DNA of 63,145 nucleotides, the filler included, from Folioceros fuciformis (lineage: Eukaryota), in assembly GCA_049999805.1 (NCBI GenBank). It is 4 parts of 3 records of this genome, joined end to end, with 100 filler letters (N's around TTAATTAATTAA, not from the genome) between each part and the next. Parts side by side here need not be neighbours in the genome. Positions count along the whole stretch, not along the records: positions 1 to 28,359 come from JBNGIO010006258.1; positions 28,460 to 54,980 come from JBNGIO010006258.1; 2 more parts are not named here. One strand, given 5' to 3'. Made by a program: the position numbers and the translations under genes. The notes beneath the pieces are model-generated. The model ran no database searches. It was not told the DNA's origin and saw nothing but the letters and a program-made list of their open reading frames with translations. Shown here piece after piece: positions 24,584-37,771 of this stretch (its first letter is position 1; the number at the start of each line of letters is the position of its first letter).

Positions 24584-27500
24584 ATGTCGCTCAAGAATTG
24601 GAAGGAGAGTTTGAAGAGTTGCACGTCAGGTGAGGGAAGGGGAGCCTACAGGTCGTGCTCTTTGCTGCATGGCGGTGAGGGATGGAAGCCTCGCAAGACC
24701 AGCCTCAAGGGTCAGATTGCTGCTCTGGGGAGACTGGCAGTCGACAGCCAGTGCATCAGTTCCGAGGAACTCTGCCAGTCAGGCGTCTCTGCAACCCCGC
24801 CTCCAACAGGTTCAGAGGGTTGCGGGGAGGAGGAAGAAGGTGATGTGCAGGTGAAGGTCCGCAGGATAGTAGGCGAAGATGTGTCAGATTTTGTGGAAAA
24901 TGTGGATTTCTCGCCCGACGACGGCGACAGTGAAGTTGGGTTGTTCATGCGGTCGGAGCCCAGCGGGCCCTTCGAGCCGCTGGTGCTGCGGCCTGTCTCC
25001 AAGAGTGATGGGAATGCTAAGGTGGTGCAGGTGCCGGCTTCTATCAACAGCCGGTTGCTGGAGCATCAGCGAGAGGGTGTGAAGTTTCTGTACAGTCTCT
25101 ACAGGGAGGGCCGAGGTGGAATTCTGGGAGATGATATGTGGGTATGCCATGCCTTGTCATGTGCTGTGCGCTGATTCACTCACAAGGTCGGTTGGTTGAT
25201 CGCGCTTGAAGACGATTCTTGTGTCTGATGCTCGTTGGTGTTGACAGGGGGTTGGGGAAGACGATACAGAGCATTGCCTTCCTAGCCGCAGTGCTTGACA
25301 AACAAGAAGGGCTTGACAGGGGCAAGACGGACAGTTCTGTGTGTCAGAAGGTGGTCCTGATCATATGCCCGACATCTGTGATACAGAACTGGAGCAAGGA
25401 ATTTGAGGCATGGGGGGCTTTCCAAGTTGGTATCTATCATGGGATACAGAGAGAATGCGTTCTTGCAAAGTTGGAGGCTATGAGTCTGGAGGTGCTGCTG
25501 ACCAGCCATGATACTTTTCGGTTGTCCGGAACAGAGCTCGAAGGAGTGGAATGGGATTGTGTGATAGTAGACGAGGCACATAGGCTGAAGAATGCAAAGT
25601 CCAGGCTCTATGAAGCATGTCTCAGAGTCCGAACCAGGAGGAGGTATGGGCTGACTGGAACCATCATGCAGAACAAGTTTTTGGAAATGTTCAATGTTTT
25701 CGAATGGGCTGCTCCTGGATGCCTGGGTGCAAGAGATCAGTTCCTCGAGTATTATGACAAGCCCCTGAAGGAAGGACAGCGGATCAGTGCTCCAGATAGG
25801 TTTGTCCGCATAGCTGAAGAAAGGAAAAAGAAATTGGTAGATGTACTTCAAAAGTATTTCTTGCGGAGAACCAAGGAGGAAACAATAGGGCACTTGATGA
25901 TGGGCAAAGAGGACAACGTTATCTTTTGTGCTATGAGCTCAGTGCAGAGACGGGTATACCAGCGGATTTTGGGGAGTCCTGATTTTCTTTGCTTGGTTCG
26001 AAAGGATTCGCCATGCTCCTGTGGCGGCCCTCTAGCAAGTGCTCGATGCTGCCATAGCAAAGTGCCTGACGGGCCCATTTGGACGTATCTGCACAGGGAG
26101 GACAAGGAGGGATGTGACAAATGTCCGTATTGCTTGATACTACCTTGTCTGACCAAATTGCAACAGGTATGATTGGGTTTGGTAGCCTCAGGGCTTGATT
26201 TTTGAAACCTTTGCATGTTTGCTTCTCTTTGCTCTTGAAGCTGATTTTGCAGTTGCTTGCTCGTCTCAGGCTAGCAACCACTTAGAACTTATAAAGCCTA
26301 ATCCAAAGGATGATCCTGAGAAACAAAAAAAGGACAAAGACTTCGCTGCTTTGGCGTTGGGGGAAGATGCCCTAGCGGTGGGTGGTGTTTGCCAGGAGGA
26401 AAATTTTCTTGGACTCAGTGACGCCCAACATTGTGGCAAAATGAGAGCTCTGGAAAAGTTGCTGGCCTTGTGGGTGTCAGCTGCCGATAAAGTATTGCTG
26501 TTCAGCTATTCCGTCAAGTAAGGCAGACTGACATTCTGCCTCAACAGATTGTTGTTTCTGGTCCTTCCTTGGTTCCATAGAAGTTTGTTGTAACTTCGTT
26601 TTAATGTCCCTCCTCCTTCACATCACAGGATGTTGGATATACTTGAAAAGTTTGTTATCCGCAAAGGTTATTGCTTTTCGCGCCTTGATGGGTCCTCGCC
26701 GATGGGTACCAGGCAGTCTATGGTGGATGATTTCAACACTAAACCCAGCAAGCAGGTTAGTGTGCCTCTGCACATGAAAGTTCTAAAGTCTGGCGCTGGC
26801 GCATACGGTTTATTGCGATTGTTCATTCAGGCCTCACTGTCGTTTGCAGATTTTCCTCATCTCAACTCGGGCTGGTGGGTTGGGTTTAAATCTTGTTAGT
26901 GCGAACAGAATTGTCATATTCGATCCAAACTGGAATCCTGCAATAGATCTCCAGGCTCAGGATCGCTCATTCCGCTATGGCCAGAGACGACATGTCACCG
27001 TCTTCCGTCTCTTGGCTGCTGGATCCCTTGAGGAGCTGGTGTATACACGCCAAATATACAAGCAGCAACTGTTCAACATTGCGGTAACTGGAGTTGATGA
27101 GAAGAGATATTTTGAAGGGGTGCAGGTATGTTAATGGCCCTTTAGAAAGCTGCTTGAAAACAACAGTCTCGTCGTGTCTGGACAGTTCGTGAATGCTTTT
27201 TGCAGGACACGAAGAACACTGGCGAACTGTTCGGTATTGGCAACCTTTTGAAAGATCTATCTGATGAGGTTTTCACAAGCAACATCATCGAATCTGAGGA
27301 ACTCAAGCTGGAGATCAAGTCAGACTTTGCTATGAAGGAGATTGCTAGCAACAAGAAACATCTGAAAGGGTTGAGACGGCAGGCTCAAAGTGTGGACCAC
27401 AGTGACCAAGACGAGCATGGTTTGGGTGCCCTTGCCCAGCTTATTCAAGCAGGAGCCAAGGCGGCAGAAGCAAAAAAGCTTGCCAAGCAGAATAATACAA

Positions 27501-28088
27501 GTGAAAACAGACATAGAAATGCTGGTGAAGAGGTTGAACAGGCTCGAGACGCTGTTGGACAGAGAGCTCGAAAAGCTCGTGGCAAGTATCGGCTGCCACA
27601 AGCTCTTAGCGATGCAGGTACCTACTGAAAGCTTGGGGAGTTGGAGGAACTGTTCAAAAGTGAAAACTGGTTGACCTTGTTGTATTGGTTCTCTTACAGG
27701 CGTCGTCTACACACATCGCAACGAGGAAGTTGTCAACTTGGGAGTGCGCATCAAACAAGCCAGCTCTGACTTTCCTGACGACTCGACATCGAATCAGGTC
27801 GAACTCTTCTCCGACGCTGCTCTTTCTCCCAAAGTAAGCGTTCCTGCTAGCAAGAGACACAGGGCAAATAAGGAGAACACGAGTCTTAATGTTGACTCCC
27901 GAACGGAGAAGACAGCCAGCATATGTGTCTCAGCCACCAGTGTAGATCCCAGTCACGAGATCAAGAGTGCACAATTTTGTGAACTTGCAAACTTCCATGG
28001 TCTGTCTATTACAGAGTTCAGCAAATGGATGCGATCGTGCACCGAAGAGGAGAGGGTCAGAGTGCTTGCAGATTTCCAAAATTCTTGA
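24584..28088 (+). CDS. CHR9: SNF2-family helicase, SWITCH2/CHR9 (ERCC6L2-like); exons 24584-25137, 25248-26166, 26270-26517, 26629-26755, 26850-27125, 27206-27617, 27700-28088
   Basis: GILGDDMGLGKT, VDEAHRLKN, GLTGTIMQN, Cys-rich insert, STRAGGLGLNL, WNPAIDLQAQDRSFRYGQ and C-terminal GVVYTHRNEEVV. Confidence 0.92.
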
Positions 28089-28359
28089 TCCAGATCTGTA
28101 AGACAAGAACGTAATATGTCACGATGGGCAGGTTAGTCCCTTTGGTCGAGAGCCTTTCACCGTTGGACAACGGGCGCTATCCCTGGGTCCGTCGATCCCG
28201 ACCTTTAACCAAAGCTGAAGGTTCAAACTAGTTGCCCTGGTTTTTTCAAGTATATTCCACTTCCAGTCGACGTCGCGGAAACAGAAGACGAGCGACTGAG
28301 GATCGCGCGCACACTTGGAGGCTGGGAAGGAGCTTTGCGCCTTGCGCAATCTGGAAGGG

Positions 28360-28459
28360 NNNNNNNNNNNNNNNNNNNNNNNNNNNNNNNNNNNNNNNNN
28401 NNNTTAATTAATTAANNNNNNNNNNNNNNNNNNNNNNNNNNNNNNNNNNNNNNNNNNNN
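28360..28459. other. Scaffold join: N44-TTAATTAATTAA-N44 artificial linker
   Basis: The identical 100-bp construct recurs at 54981-55080 and 57878-57977. The 12-mer gives stops in all six frames. Confidence 0.95.
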
Positions 28460-29466
28460 CAATTTTGAGCTTCCTACACCTCCACCAGGACCAGGACCCT
28501 TTATCCCTTCTTCGAATGCATTTAGTTGGATCCTTTCATTTGACGCATCACAACCTTAAGAACCAACCTTTTAAGACGGTTCTCTTATTCCTTTTGTATT
28601 TGCATTCTATTTTTTAGAGGTTTGTTTGCATCAAATTTGCAAATGTCAAATGGGCGAATAAGATAAGATGGTTTTTGTGTTTTTTTTTCCTTCTCTTACG
28701 AGATGGAATATAATAAATAAAATAAAATCTCTATTTTCTAAGGTTTGATGAGGTTTGCTTTAATATAAGCTAGTTTAGTTAAAAATCTAAGTTAAGTAGT
28801 GTATTAAGTTTTGTACATATTTTATAACTTAGTCTTGTGCATCACATCTAACACCTTTTGTATTCTTCAAATGCAGATTCCTCCTTCCAGAATATTCTGT
28901 TCCTGGCCTCGCACATATGTTTCTTCACCTGCCCCCCTCATATGTCCTTCCCTAGCACGGCCAAAGGCATCGGGATATGGTGCTGAATGATTTCACGACA
29001 TCGAGCCTTGTTGTATATCAAGTTGGGTGGTGTATTAAAACCGCAAGACCGTGGGAATATAGTGACTTGGGTGAGGGTAGGAAGTTTCGCTTATTTTAAT
29101 CGTGTCGTGTTGCGGTTCGAGAGATTATGCGTCTTTTCGGCCGATCACGTACGAGGGTAGATGTGACATAGGCGAGTGGCGGGACGTCCGGTTCCCGCGG
29201 AGAGCGCTCGGGGAGAGCTGAGGGAGGCGGGAGGCCGGCCTTCTTGAATCCGCCCGGGGCTGCTTGGAGAAGTTTGTAGAGATGGATGGGACGGTACAAA
29301 TTGGGAATGCAAGTTCAGTGCTTACAAGGTTTTACAACATAGCTATGAGCATATGCCTTTCGGCTCGTCGCGCAAATTGGCAGACGGAACGGGCACTTGT
29401 TCAACGTACAGTAAGTATTACAAGAACGAATTGAGAAAATGGTACAATGGGGAAGAGACGGAGAGC

Positions 29467-30276
29467 TCAGTCGTCGCCGTCTAAAACATCCAGCACTTTG
29501 GCTACCTCTTCTTGCACGAAGAGCGGTGGAGGTTCCGCCTGGAACTGATGGAGGCCGTCCACTCGAACCTCCACGTATGTTTCCCCGACGACGAGGAATC
29601 CGATGCCTCTGCGCTTGGTTGGGAAGAGCATGAAAATGATGCCGAACAAGAAGCCGAAGATGATCGGCATGAGGCCACCTAGCACGTCGGGCACCACGCC
29701 GGGGTAGAGGCAGTAGCGCAGATTTCTGTCGAAGAGAGCCAGCGCCAGAAACACAGTGAGGGAGAGGAAGGCGTGGAGGACATCGGCCCAGGTGAGCATG
29801 TACTCCTTCCGCATGAGCAGGTCGTTTTCCAGGTGTGGCGTCCATAGGCCCCAGAGTGTGATCAAGCCGTGGTGAAGCTCTCCGTCGGACGCCGTGAAGC
29901 TGTCTGTGAAGGCGGCGATGACACACAGGACGGAGCAGAGGGAGAGTAAGATGATGCTCACGATTTGCCGCGCTACGGAGTCGGTGCAATTGCCGCCGTT
30001 GGTAGTGATAGGACTCAGGATTTGGAAGAGGAGGAAGACGGCGGTAGGGAGGAGGTTGGAGAGGCGGGAGGCCGTCCTAAGAGCGGCTTTGATGAGGAAG
30101 AGGAGAGTGGATTCCTTGCGCTGGACTGCCACAGCTGTGACGGACTCGGCGGCAGTGTCGATGGATGTTCTGGATATTTTGAGAGTGGCGCTCGGGGTGA
30201 GTAACGGCGTGCGCAGACTGGAGGACTTGAGGATTGGTCTGTCCAGGAGCGACTTGCTCTCTGATGCCTTCCCCAT
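29467..30276 (-). CDS. DMP: DMP / DUF679 membrane protein, intronless
   Basis: LSNLLPTAVFLLFQILSPITTNGGNC, FTDSFTASDG..HHGLITLWGLW, DVLHAFLS, CLYP and FPTKRRGIGF; four hydrophobic segments. Confidence 0.93.
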   Translation of the reverse strand: MGKASESKSLLDRPILKSSSLRTPLLTPSATLKISRTSIDTAAESVTAVAVQRKESTLLFLIKAALRTASRLSNLLPTAVFLLFQILSPITTNGGNCTDSVARQIVSIILLSLCSVLCVIAAFTDSFTASDGELHHGLITLWGLWTPHLENDLLMRKEYMLTWADVLHAFLSLTVFLALALFDRNLRYCLYPGVVPDVLGGLMPIIFGFLFGIIFMLFPTKRRGIGFLVVGETYVEVRVDGLHQFQAEPPPLFVQEEVAKVLDVLDGDD

Positions 30277-31287
30277 GGCGTGCAGCTGCCTCACTTGTCA
30301 CAGCAGGTGGAAGCGGAGGGAAGGAGATGACAGTGGAGGGAGGTTGAAAATGTAGATGTGGAGGACAGGGCGTAGCAGGCAGAGAGGAAGTATATTGTGC
30401 CTTGAAGCACACCTGTGCGCAAGAGCAGGAGAACCTGCCATTGCAATGGTGGCGTACCATTGTGGTAGAGATTCACAAAAAGGATTTCTCAAGGAAATGA
30501 CAGAGGAGCTTCCGGCGAGGATTGGAGGACGTAAATCAAATGCCGTGGCCTGGGAAGTCTTAACGGGTTACCTACAGGATCCGACTCCCTTATCCTCGGT
30601 ACAAAACGTCTTATAGAGAAGAAACAGTCCAAGCACGGGCTGTCGCGAAAAGGACCCGCGCCCGACACCTTTGAGAAAAGGTCCAACGCCTTCGAAGTGA
30701 CGGACGCGTTTCAAAAAAAAACGTGTCTTTGAGAACGGTCAAGCCGTCCTGCAGACGGCTGCAAGTAAATTTCCAACATGGGACACTGACGGCCACATGT
30801 CTAAATCTACAGTTTCAGTAGCCCCCCCCCACCACAACTGGGTGGGATAAAACCACGCAGTAACTTAGTAACTATTTACTTAAGCTCTAATTTATTATTT
30901 ACTGCCGCGCACTTCCTTAGGCTGCATGCCTCCTACCATACTAAACATGCTTCTGAGTATCATGCTCTTCGTAAGCTACTCTACAAAACATGCTTCTGCA
31001 TATCATGATTTGGAGCTTTCTTGCTTGACACTCAAACCATGTGTTAGCTTCGTTACTGTTTCGAAAGAAACAAGGCATAGCCGTTTACATTAAATAGATA
31101 CATAAGACTTCCCGCATCGTCGACATTGTTCACGACCCTCAAACGGGCCGGACAAGCCTACTGCTACGGAGAGCACGACATTACGTAACCTAATCTCCGA
31201 AGGAAAAGATGCACTAGACATTCAAAACACTACATTATATCATGTGATGTACAAAGTCCTCAAACGGAGAAAACTCAGATTGGCTTC

Positions 31288-32026
<739 letters not shown>

Positions 32027-32856
32027 TCAAAGCTTGAAAAACAGCAGACCCTAGCCCGATATACCATACCCTCACCGAATTCACAACCACATCAAAACAA
32101 AGCACGGCCACCATGCCACCTAGATAATAAGCACCAACCGCAAGCACGAAAACATCCCTGCCACGAAGAGGAGGCATCCGCAGTGCTACCGCACTGAAAC
32201 CCTCCATGACCTCACGTCCAAGAACAAGAAGCACTCACGGGCAACAACCTCAACCACGTAACTTGCAACACAAGGCTATCAGCACCTTCCTCACGAAGAA
32301 GGCAAGTCCGCAACTAACCTTGCCTGAAACCTCGGACGAGAGGAGCAGATGCTTGCGAGACGCGAGACGGAAGCTCGAGGGTTCGAAGGCAGAGAGCGCT
32401 CGCAACTCGGCGGACAAACTCAAAAAGGCAAACGAAGAAAAAGAAACTTGATACGAATGAGTTACAACTGATTGCCAGTCCACATTTATAGCCACGACAT
32501 AGCCGCGGTTTGTATCTCGCTGTTTGTGGCCCTCGGATGTTCTCGACAGGCCCTTCATCGACGGTGAGAATGTCTCTACCGTAATTTCAAATCTGCCGCC
32601 TCAGTTTAAGGAGTCTTTGGTGTGCCCGAGACGTAAGGCCTATTTACTTAAGCACGTATCTGATGGAGGTACGTGTAAAATTAAAATTATATTTTTCATT
32701 TGACAGCGATGCAGGTATAATACAACGCTTCCAAAAAAGGGAGTCAGAACACCGCTCCCTTGGCACATGTCCGGAGTGCAAGGGTCCGAGCTCTCAGTTC
32801 TCCATAGTGGAATCGAGTTATTCGAGTCTCCGGATCTTCTGGTCCCAAGCACAAAC

Positions 32857-34300
32857 TCACAGCCTAAGGTATCTGACCACTGGCATTGCCCAGCAAACAT
32901 CTTCTTCATCCAGCTCCACTGTACAATGAAGGCCCGTCGTTCCTTCACCGAGTTGCGTCGTTTTGAAGAAAACTCCAGCAAAGTGTGGAGAACTGGAGCA
33001 TCAGGCAATGAGTCAGAGAGTCAGTCTGCTGGGTGTCACGACGCAATCTTGGCACTCTCTGTTGCCCACTCTAAGCATCTCACTTCATCTGGGAAGGAAC
33101 CATAATTCACCATGCCTGTGGGAGGCACAAAAATATAACCTTCGCAGGCACTCCTTCATTGGAGCACGTGCAAGCCTTGCTTTCCTCCTGCATAGCTTTG
33201 CAAAGGCGAATAACTTATTGCTGCAAGCTCTCCTCAGAAAACCCTACAGTAATGGCATTTTATTCCCCTGCATTCCTTTCAGCATGTACATCAAACAGGC
33301 CCTGAGCATCCTTTGGGCTGCTGCTGTAGGCAGACAATCGGGTACATACAACACCATCAGTCTGAAGGCCCACCTCTCCAATCTGTAAGAAAAGCTGCTC
33401 GCCCCTAACCCTGAAACTTGAGCATACCAAGGAGTGGTCATATAAATGTGACATGGTGAGTGCAGCCACCTGTTCTTCTTCTTATATCGAACCGTGAAGA
33501 CGGAGGACAACCCTGCTCAACCCGCACTGACAGATCCTGCTCCTAAAGCAGTCCATGCCACCAAGGAAGCCCGTCCAACACCTGTGAGCAGCTTCCCAAG
33601 CTGCTACACATGGCATGCATCGTTACCAAACCGTAGGCTTAAAGCACGCCAGCGTCTAGTCGTTGGTATCCAGATCCATGCGAGAACCTGCTTGCCGCTC
33701 CCTAAAGCCGATGATCCACGCCTGCAGATGCCTGGAGGACGCATGGGCGGGTCACGTCATGAGGCTTGCTCTGGACCGTGCAGACGAAGGGCTTCCTCAC
33801 CGCTGCACACTTGGAACATCCTACCATCATGGCGCACTCAACACATCTTACTGACAGTGTGCGTAGCGAACACTCCCTGAGCATCAACCAAGCTGCCAAA
33901 CTTTACATCCATTACTACCGCAACCCTGTCTCTACACACTTCAGGGCTTCACAAACCAGCAAAGACCCCGACACCGACACCAGTCCCTTCCTTCGAGCTG
34001 AGGCTTCAGAATCCTCAGCTGCCAGGATCTCCCATTGATGAGAATCCCAGAACTCGCAACTCCGAGGATCCCCTTTCGCAGGGGCGGACCAGTTCTGAAC
34101 CTGAGGCCGGGATTCACAACACCACAAAATCCTCATCTCAGGAACCGCACCTCCAGTGACCCTGAGCGCCAAATCTGCCCCTCACACACAGCCCACTGCA
34201 GGACACTCGCAAGTGTATCCCCCTTGAGAAGCTTCTCAGCACAACTACCTCCACCTCCTTGATACCTTGTACTCCACATGTGGTCTTACTCAACATGTAA
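32857..34300 (-). pseudogene. Disrupted gene of an uncharacterised plant protein family (5' limit uncertain)
   Basis: Stitching frames gives GILINGRSWQLR...VMDVKFGSLVDAQGVFATHTVS...QVLAWIWIPTTRRWRAL...TGVGRASLVAW...LYDHSLV...CWAMPVVRYLRL*, with several stops and frameshifts. The family resemblance is from memory only. Confidence 0.55.
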
Positions 34301-35119
34301 TGTGAACGTCACACCGATCGCCTGTTCGATATTCATTAATGGTATCATCTTTCTATCATATCTGGGTATGCGATATGTCCTCATTTAGCATCACCGATGG
34401 ATGGACATACTCTTCTCAAACCCTAGGGCATCAACGTCACCTGACGCCTCTCTGCAGAGACGTAACGATTCCTGGTAGTGGCGTGCAACTCTCTCAAAGT
34501 TTAAGATGCGAATTATGTTCTGCCTTAATGGCGCGGGCCGCGCACAAAGCTACGGCAGCAGAGCCAGTTCACTGACGTATCAACCACGAATGAGCAAATC
34601 GCCGTGGACTGAAACGTGTGCAGAGGAGAGGCAACAGAATGCCGGTCCGTGGAGCGAGACTGACTGTGTGGGAAGCAATGGCGGCATCCGAGGACCAGAA
34701 GCGCAGAATCGGCTTTTAAAAGGCATGCCAGGCGGACCTGTAACATGAGCCCAGGTGTAGTGATGCGGGGCCAGGACTTCATGGCGCGAGCCACAGAGCA
34801 CGGCCTCTCCTCCTCCTGCCACAAGCCCCCTCTCCGACTCCTCCCGTGATGAATCCACCTCTGCACGCGCCCCTATTCCTCTTTGCCAGTGCGCACCAGC
34901 TCAGCTTATCAGTCAGCATAGCACCGACACAAGGAGGAGGAGAGTCGATGCCGTCTCCAGCCGCGCGGGCAAAATTGCGGGCGCCGACCAAGCCCGCCCC
35001 TCCCTTCATCTAAACATCACCATGAGCCCCAGTCGGAGGGCAACATAATCGCATCCTGGCTCTGCCATCGCGGGCCAAGAACCGGGTGCGCCAAACCGCG
35101 TTTAGGTTTCCAGCGAGCG

Positions 35120-35965
35120 ATGGCGGAGCCGTGGGGAGCAGGCGCTGGAGCCGTCTTGGTCGTAACGCTTTTGGCTGGTCACCTTTTCTTCACGGCTCAC
35201 GGTGAGTGGTATGGATGGGGACGCAACCATCGGGTCCTAGTTCTCGTTTCCTTTCGTTTCTTGATTGTTTTGTTTGGTTGCGGCTTCTGTCGAGTAGAAG
35301 GTATTTGTGCCGGAGTGATCGGGAACGTTCTTGGCGCAGGTTGTGGGGTGAACATCCGCAACCACTGCGGGTACCCGGTGACTACCTGCGTGCAGAGCAG
35401 CAACAATCCCATCGACCAGTATCATCTGCTGAGCGGGCGGTCGAAGTTTCTGGACTTCAGCGCCACGGGCTGCGCGTGGGTGGCAGGGGCAGTCTGGGCT
35501 TCTGTCGGAGGTAGGTGCGCGGTGGCGGGCACGCCGAGCGCGTCTGTGGATAGGAATCTGGCCAACCTCGCAGAGTTCACGATCGGGGCTGGGAGCGGGC
35601 TGGACTTCTACGATCTCAGCAATGTGAACGCCTACACCATCCCGCTGCTCATCAAGCCAACCTCCATTGCGGGAGGCGGGGTCGCTATCGGTTACAAGTG
35701 CGGGAGCCCGGTGTGCGATATCGACAACATCCCGGCTTTCTGCCAGGGCAACAACCAGCTGCGTAGTATCCTTACTGGGGCCTTCGTTTGCATCAACACA
35801 GACGGGACTGCCGGGCTGGGCCCAACTGAGGGCACCCGCCTCTTCAAGGCCGCTTGCGACTCGGCTTACAGCTACAATTTTGATGACAAGACTTCCACCT
35901 TCACCTGCAACACAGGGTCCAACTACGAGGTTGTTTTCTGTCCGCGGAAGAATTTGGATTATTGA
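35120..35965 (+). CDS. Thaumatin-like (PR-5) protein; exons 35120-35201, 35340-35965
   Basis: Signal peptide, NHCGYPV, LAEFTIG, LDFYDLSNVNAYTIP and FKAACDSAYSYNFDDKTSTFTC..SNYEVVFCP. Confidence 0.92.
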   Translation: MAEPWGAGAGAVLVVTLLAGHLFFTAHGEWYGWGRNHRVLVLVSFRFLIVLFGCGFCRVEGICAGVIGNVLGAGCGVNIRNHCGYPVTTCVQSSNNPIDQYHLLSGRSKFLDFSATGCAWVAGAVWASVGGRCAVAGTPSASVDRNLANLAEFTIGAGSGLDFYDLSNVNAYTIPLLIKPTSIAGGGVAIGYKCGSPVCDIDNIPAFCQGNNQLRSILTGAFVCINTDGTAGLGPTEGTRLFKAACDSAYSYNFDDKTSTFTCNTGSNYEVVFCPRKNLDY

Positions 35966-36187
35966 TAGAATCTGTTTAGTTACAAGCATCCCAAAGTCTT
36001 TTTCCACATGCTCGCATCAACTGTTCCTGTGAGGGAAGCCTGTAAGACAGACCTGGCAGATGAGTGTACCGCAGATCGGCTAGGATAGGGTGGCATTTAC
36101 TAGTGTCTATAAGAGCTGTACTCAGATGAAAGCCCAGACGTAGAGAGGCGCTCCTATAAGCACAAATGACGCGAGCATTGCCCATAA

Positions 36188-37771
36188 TCACAAAACGGTG
36201 TAGGCAGAGCTCTTCTCGTCCCTGGGTTCCTCGGGTGGAAGGATGATGAAGCTGTTGTTCCGACCACTGAACACCTTTTCCAGCAGCGCCTCGTCGACAT
36301 CCAGCGCTGCCTCCAGCACTTCCTTGGGGATTCCGTTGTACTGGGACCATTTCCCAGCTAGGAAAGCAGTTGTAGGGCTGGAGATGGGCACCATCACCAG
36401 ATTGTTTTGTTGTTGTCAGTTTCAGGATTGTAGAGCAACAAAAAATGGCAATTAGCACGGGGGCGGAGCGGAGAAGACTTACACGGACGTGTCTGCTACC
36501 GAGAACCAGTCCAGTCCGTCATGGCCAGCAACGAAGGCGAACCCGAACTGTCTTGGGATGACAACGATGTGCCCTTCTGAAATTTCCAAATCCACTATCA
36601 GGTTGTTGGTGGCGGGGCTTGAGAGTTGGTACCTTGCGCTTCCTCTGATGACATAGAACACTGTGTTGGCAGTCGGTGCCCATCCAGGACCGTAAATGGA
36701 GCCCTGACCATAGCAGGAAGAAGGCTCAGAGTGTGATAGGAGAGGAGTAGAAACGATGGAAAAAAATGGTCTTTGATACCTTCTCCTGGTGGCCAAGCAC
36801 CCCGCTCAGACCGATGGACTGTAGGATAGGGTAGCGATCCAGAGAAGCGGCTACATTCCAGATTCTTCCTCCTTGTGGTACATCAATATCAGGGTCGCCG
36901 CTGGCCAGGGGAACCTGGAAATCTCCATCGTAACGGATGCTCGAGCGTGGTGAACTGATGGACGCCAAGGGCTTATGGAGCTTGACCAAGGAGCGCTCAT
37001 GCTGCGAGTAGATGAGTTTGGCTGCGTCCGACTGGTCCACGTACAATGCAGCCGCCAGAACATCAAGACTGAAGGAATACAGGACTCCACTTTCTCCAAG
37101 GATGTCCAGTCTCTGCAACGTAAATGAATTTGGACAACATTGCGTTTCAGTCATCCATCTATCCAACCTTCGTTCAAACATGCATGACAGTTTCCAACCT
37201 GAATGCTGCCGGGGCGGAGGCTGGCGCTGGTGTCTCCAAATGCTACAATTGTGAAGGGCTCAGCGCCATCATTGTAGAACCAGTAGACAGCTTCTCTGGG
37301 GATAAAGAAGACATCACCAGCCTGCAAAGTCCTCGTCTCAACGTTTCTTCCATTTGTCAGCACAATGCCCCACTTCGCGGATCCTGCCACAAACTCATCA
37401 TCAAACTTTTAAGGTTAGCCCCATTCCAGAGCATAAGGGATGAGAAATTTTCAGGAATTGATCACAATCCGAGCCAAACCTGCAGTCACCAAACCTAGAA
37501 CATCTGTGTCTAGGTGGCCTGGAAACTGTAGACCGTTCTCCTTCAACTCCAAGGAAAAGACAGCCAGCGTGCCATTCAAGTCTCCTCGATACAGGTCCCA
37601 CACGCTGATAGCTCCACCTTCAGCGTTCACAACAACCCGAGGGGATGCTGGCACGTAGTCATCGAGGTTGAATGTACCCTCAGCCTGACAAGAAAGGATG
37701 CTACAGACAAGGACCCAGACAAGAAGAGTAAGCAATTGTGCAACCAAGGTACTCTCCCTCAACTGAGCCAT
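36188..37771 (-). CDS. 11S globulin/legumin-like bicupin with signal peptide; exons 37771-37480, 37383-37199, 37112-36780, 36703-36483, 36377-36188
   Basis: Two cupin domains: LQAGDVFFIPREAVYWFYNDG, and PGWAPTANTVFYVIRGSAR / EGHIVVIPRQF / FLAGKWS..GIPKEVLEAALDV. Introns are in phase. Confidence 0.88.

Noticed and set aside
28404-28415. Palindromic TTAATTAATTAA recurring three times (also 55025 and 57922)
   Set aside because: Always centred in identical N runs, so it is an artificial scaffold linker.
35237-36007. 256-aa antisense ORF over the thaumatin-like gene
   Set aside because: Shadow of a GC-rich CDS.
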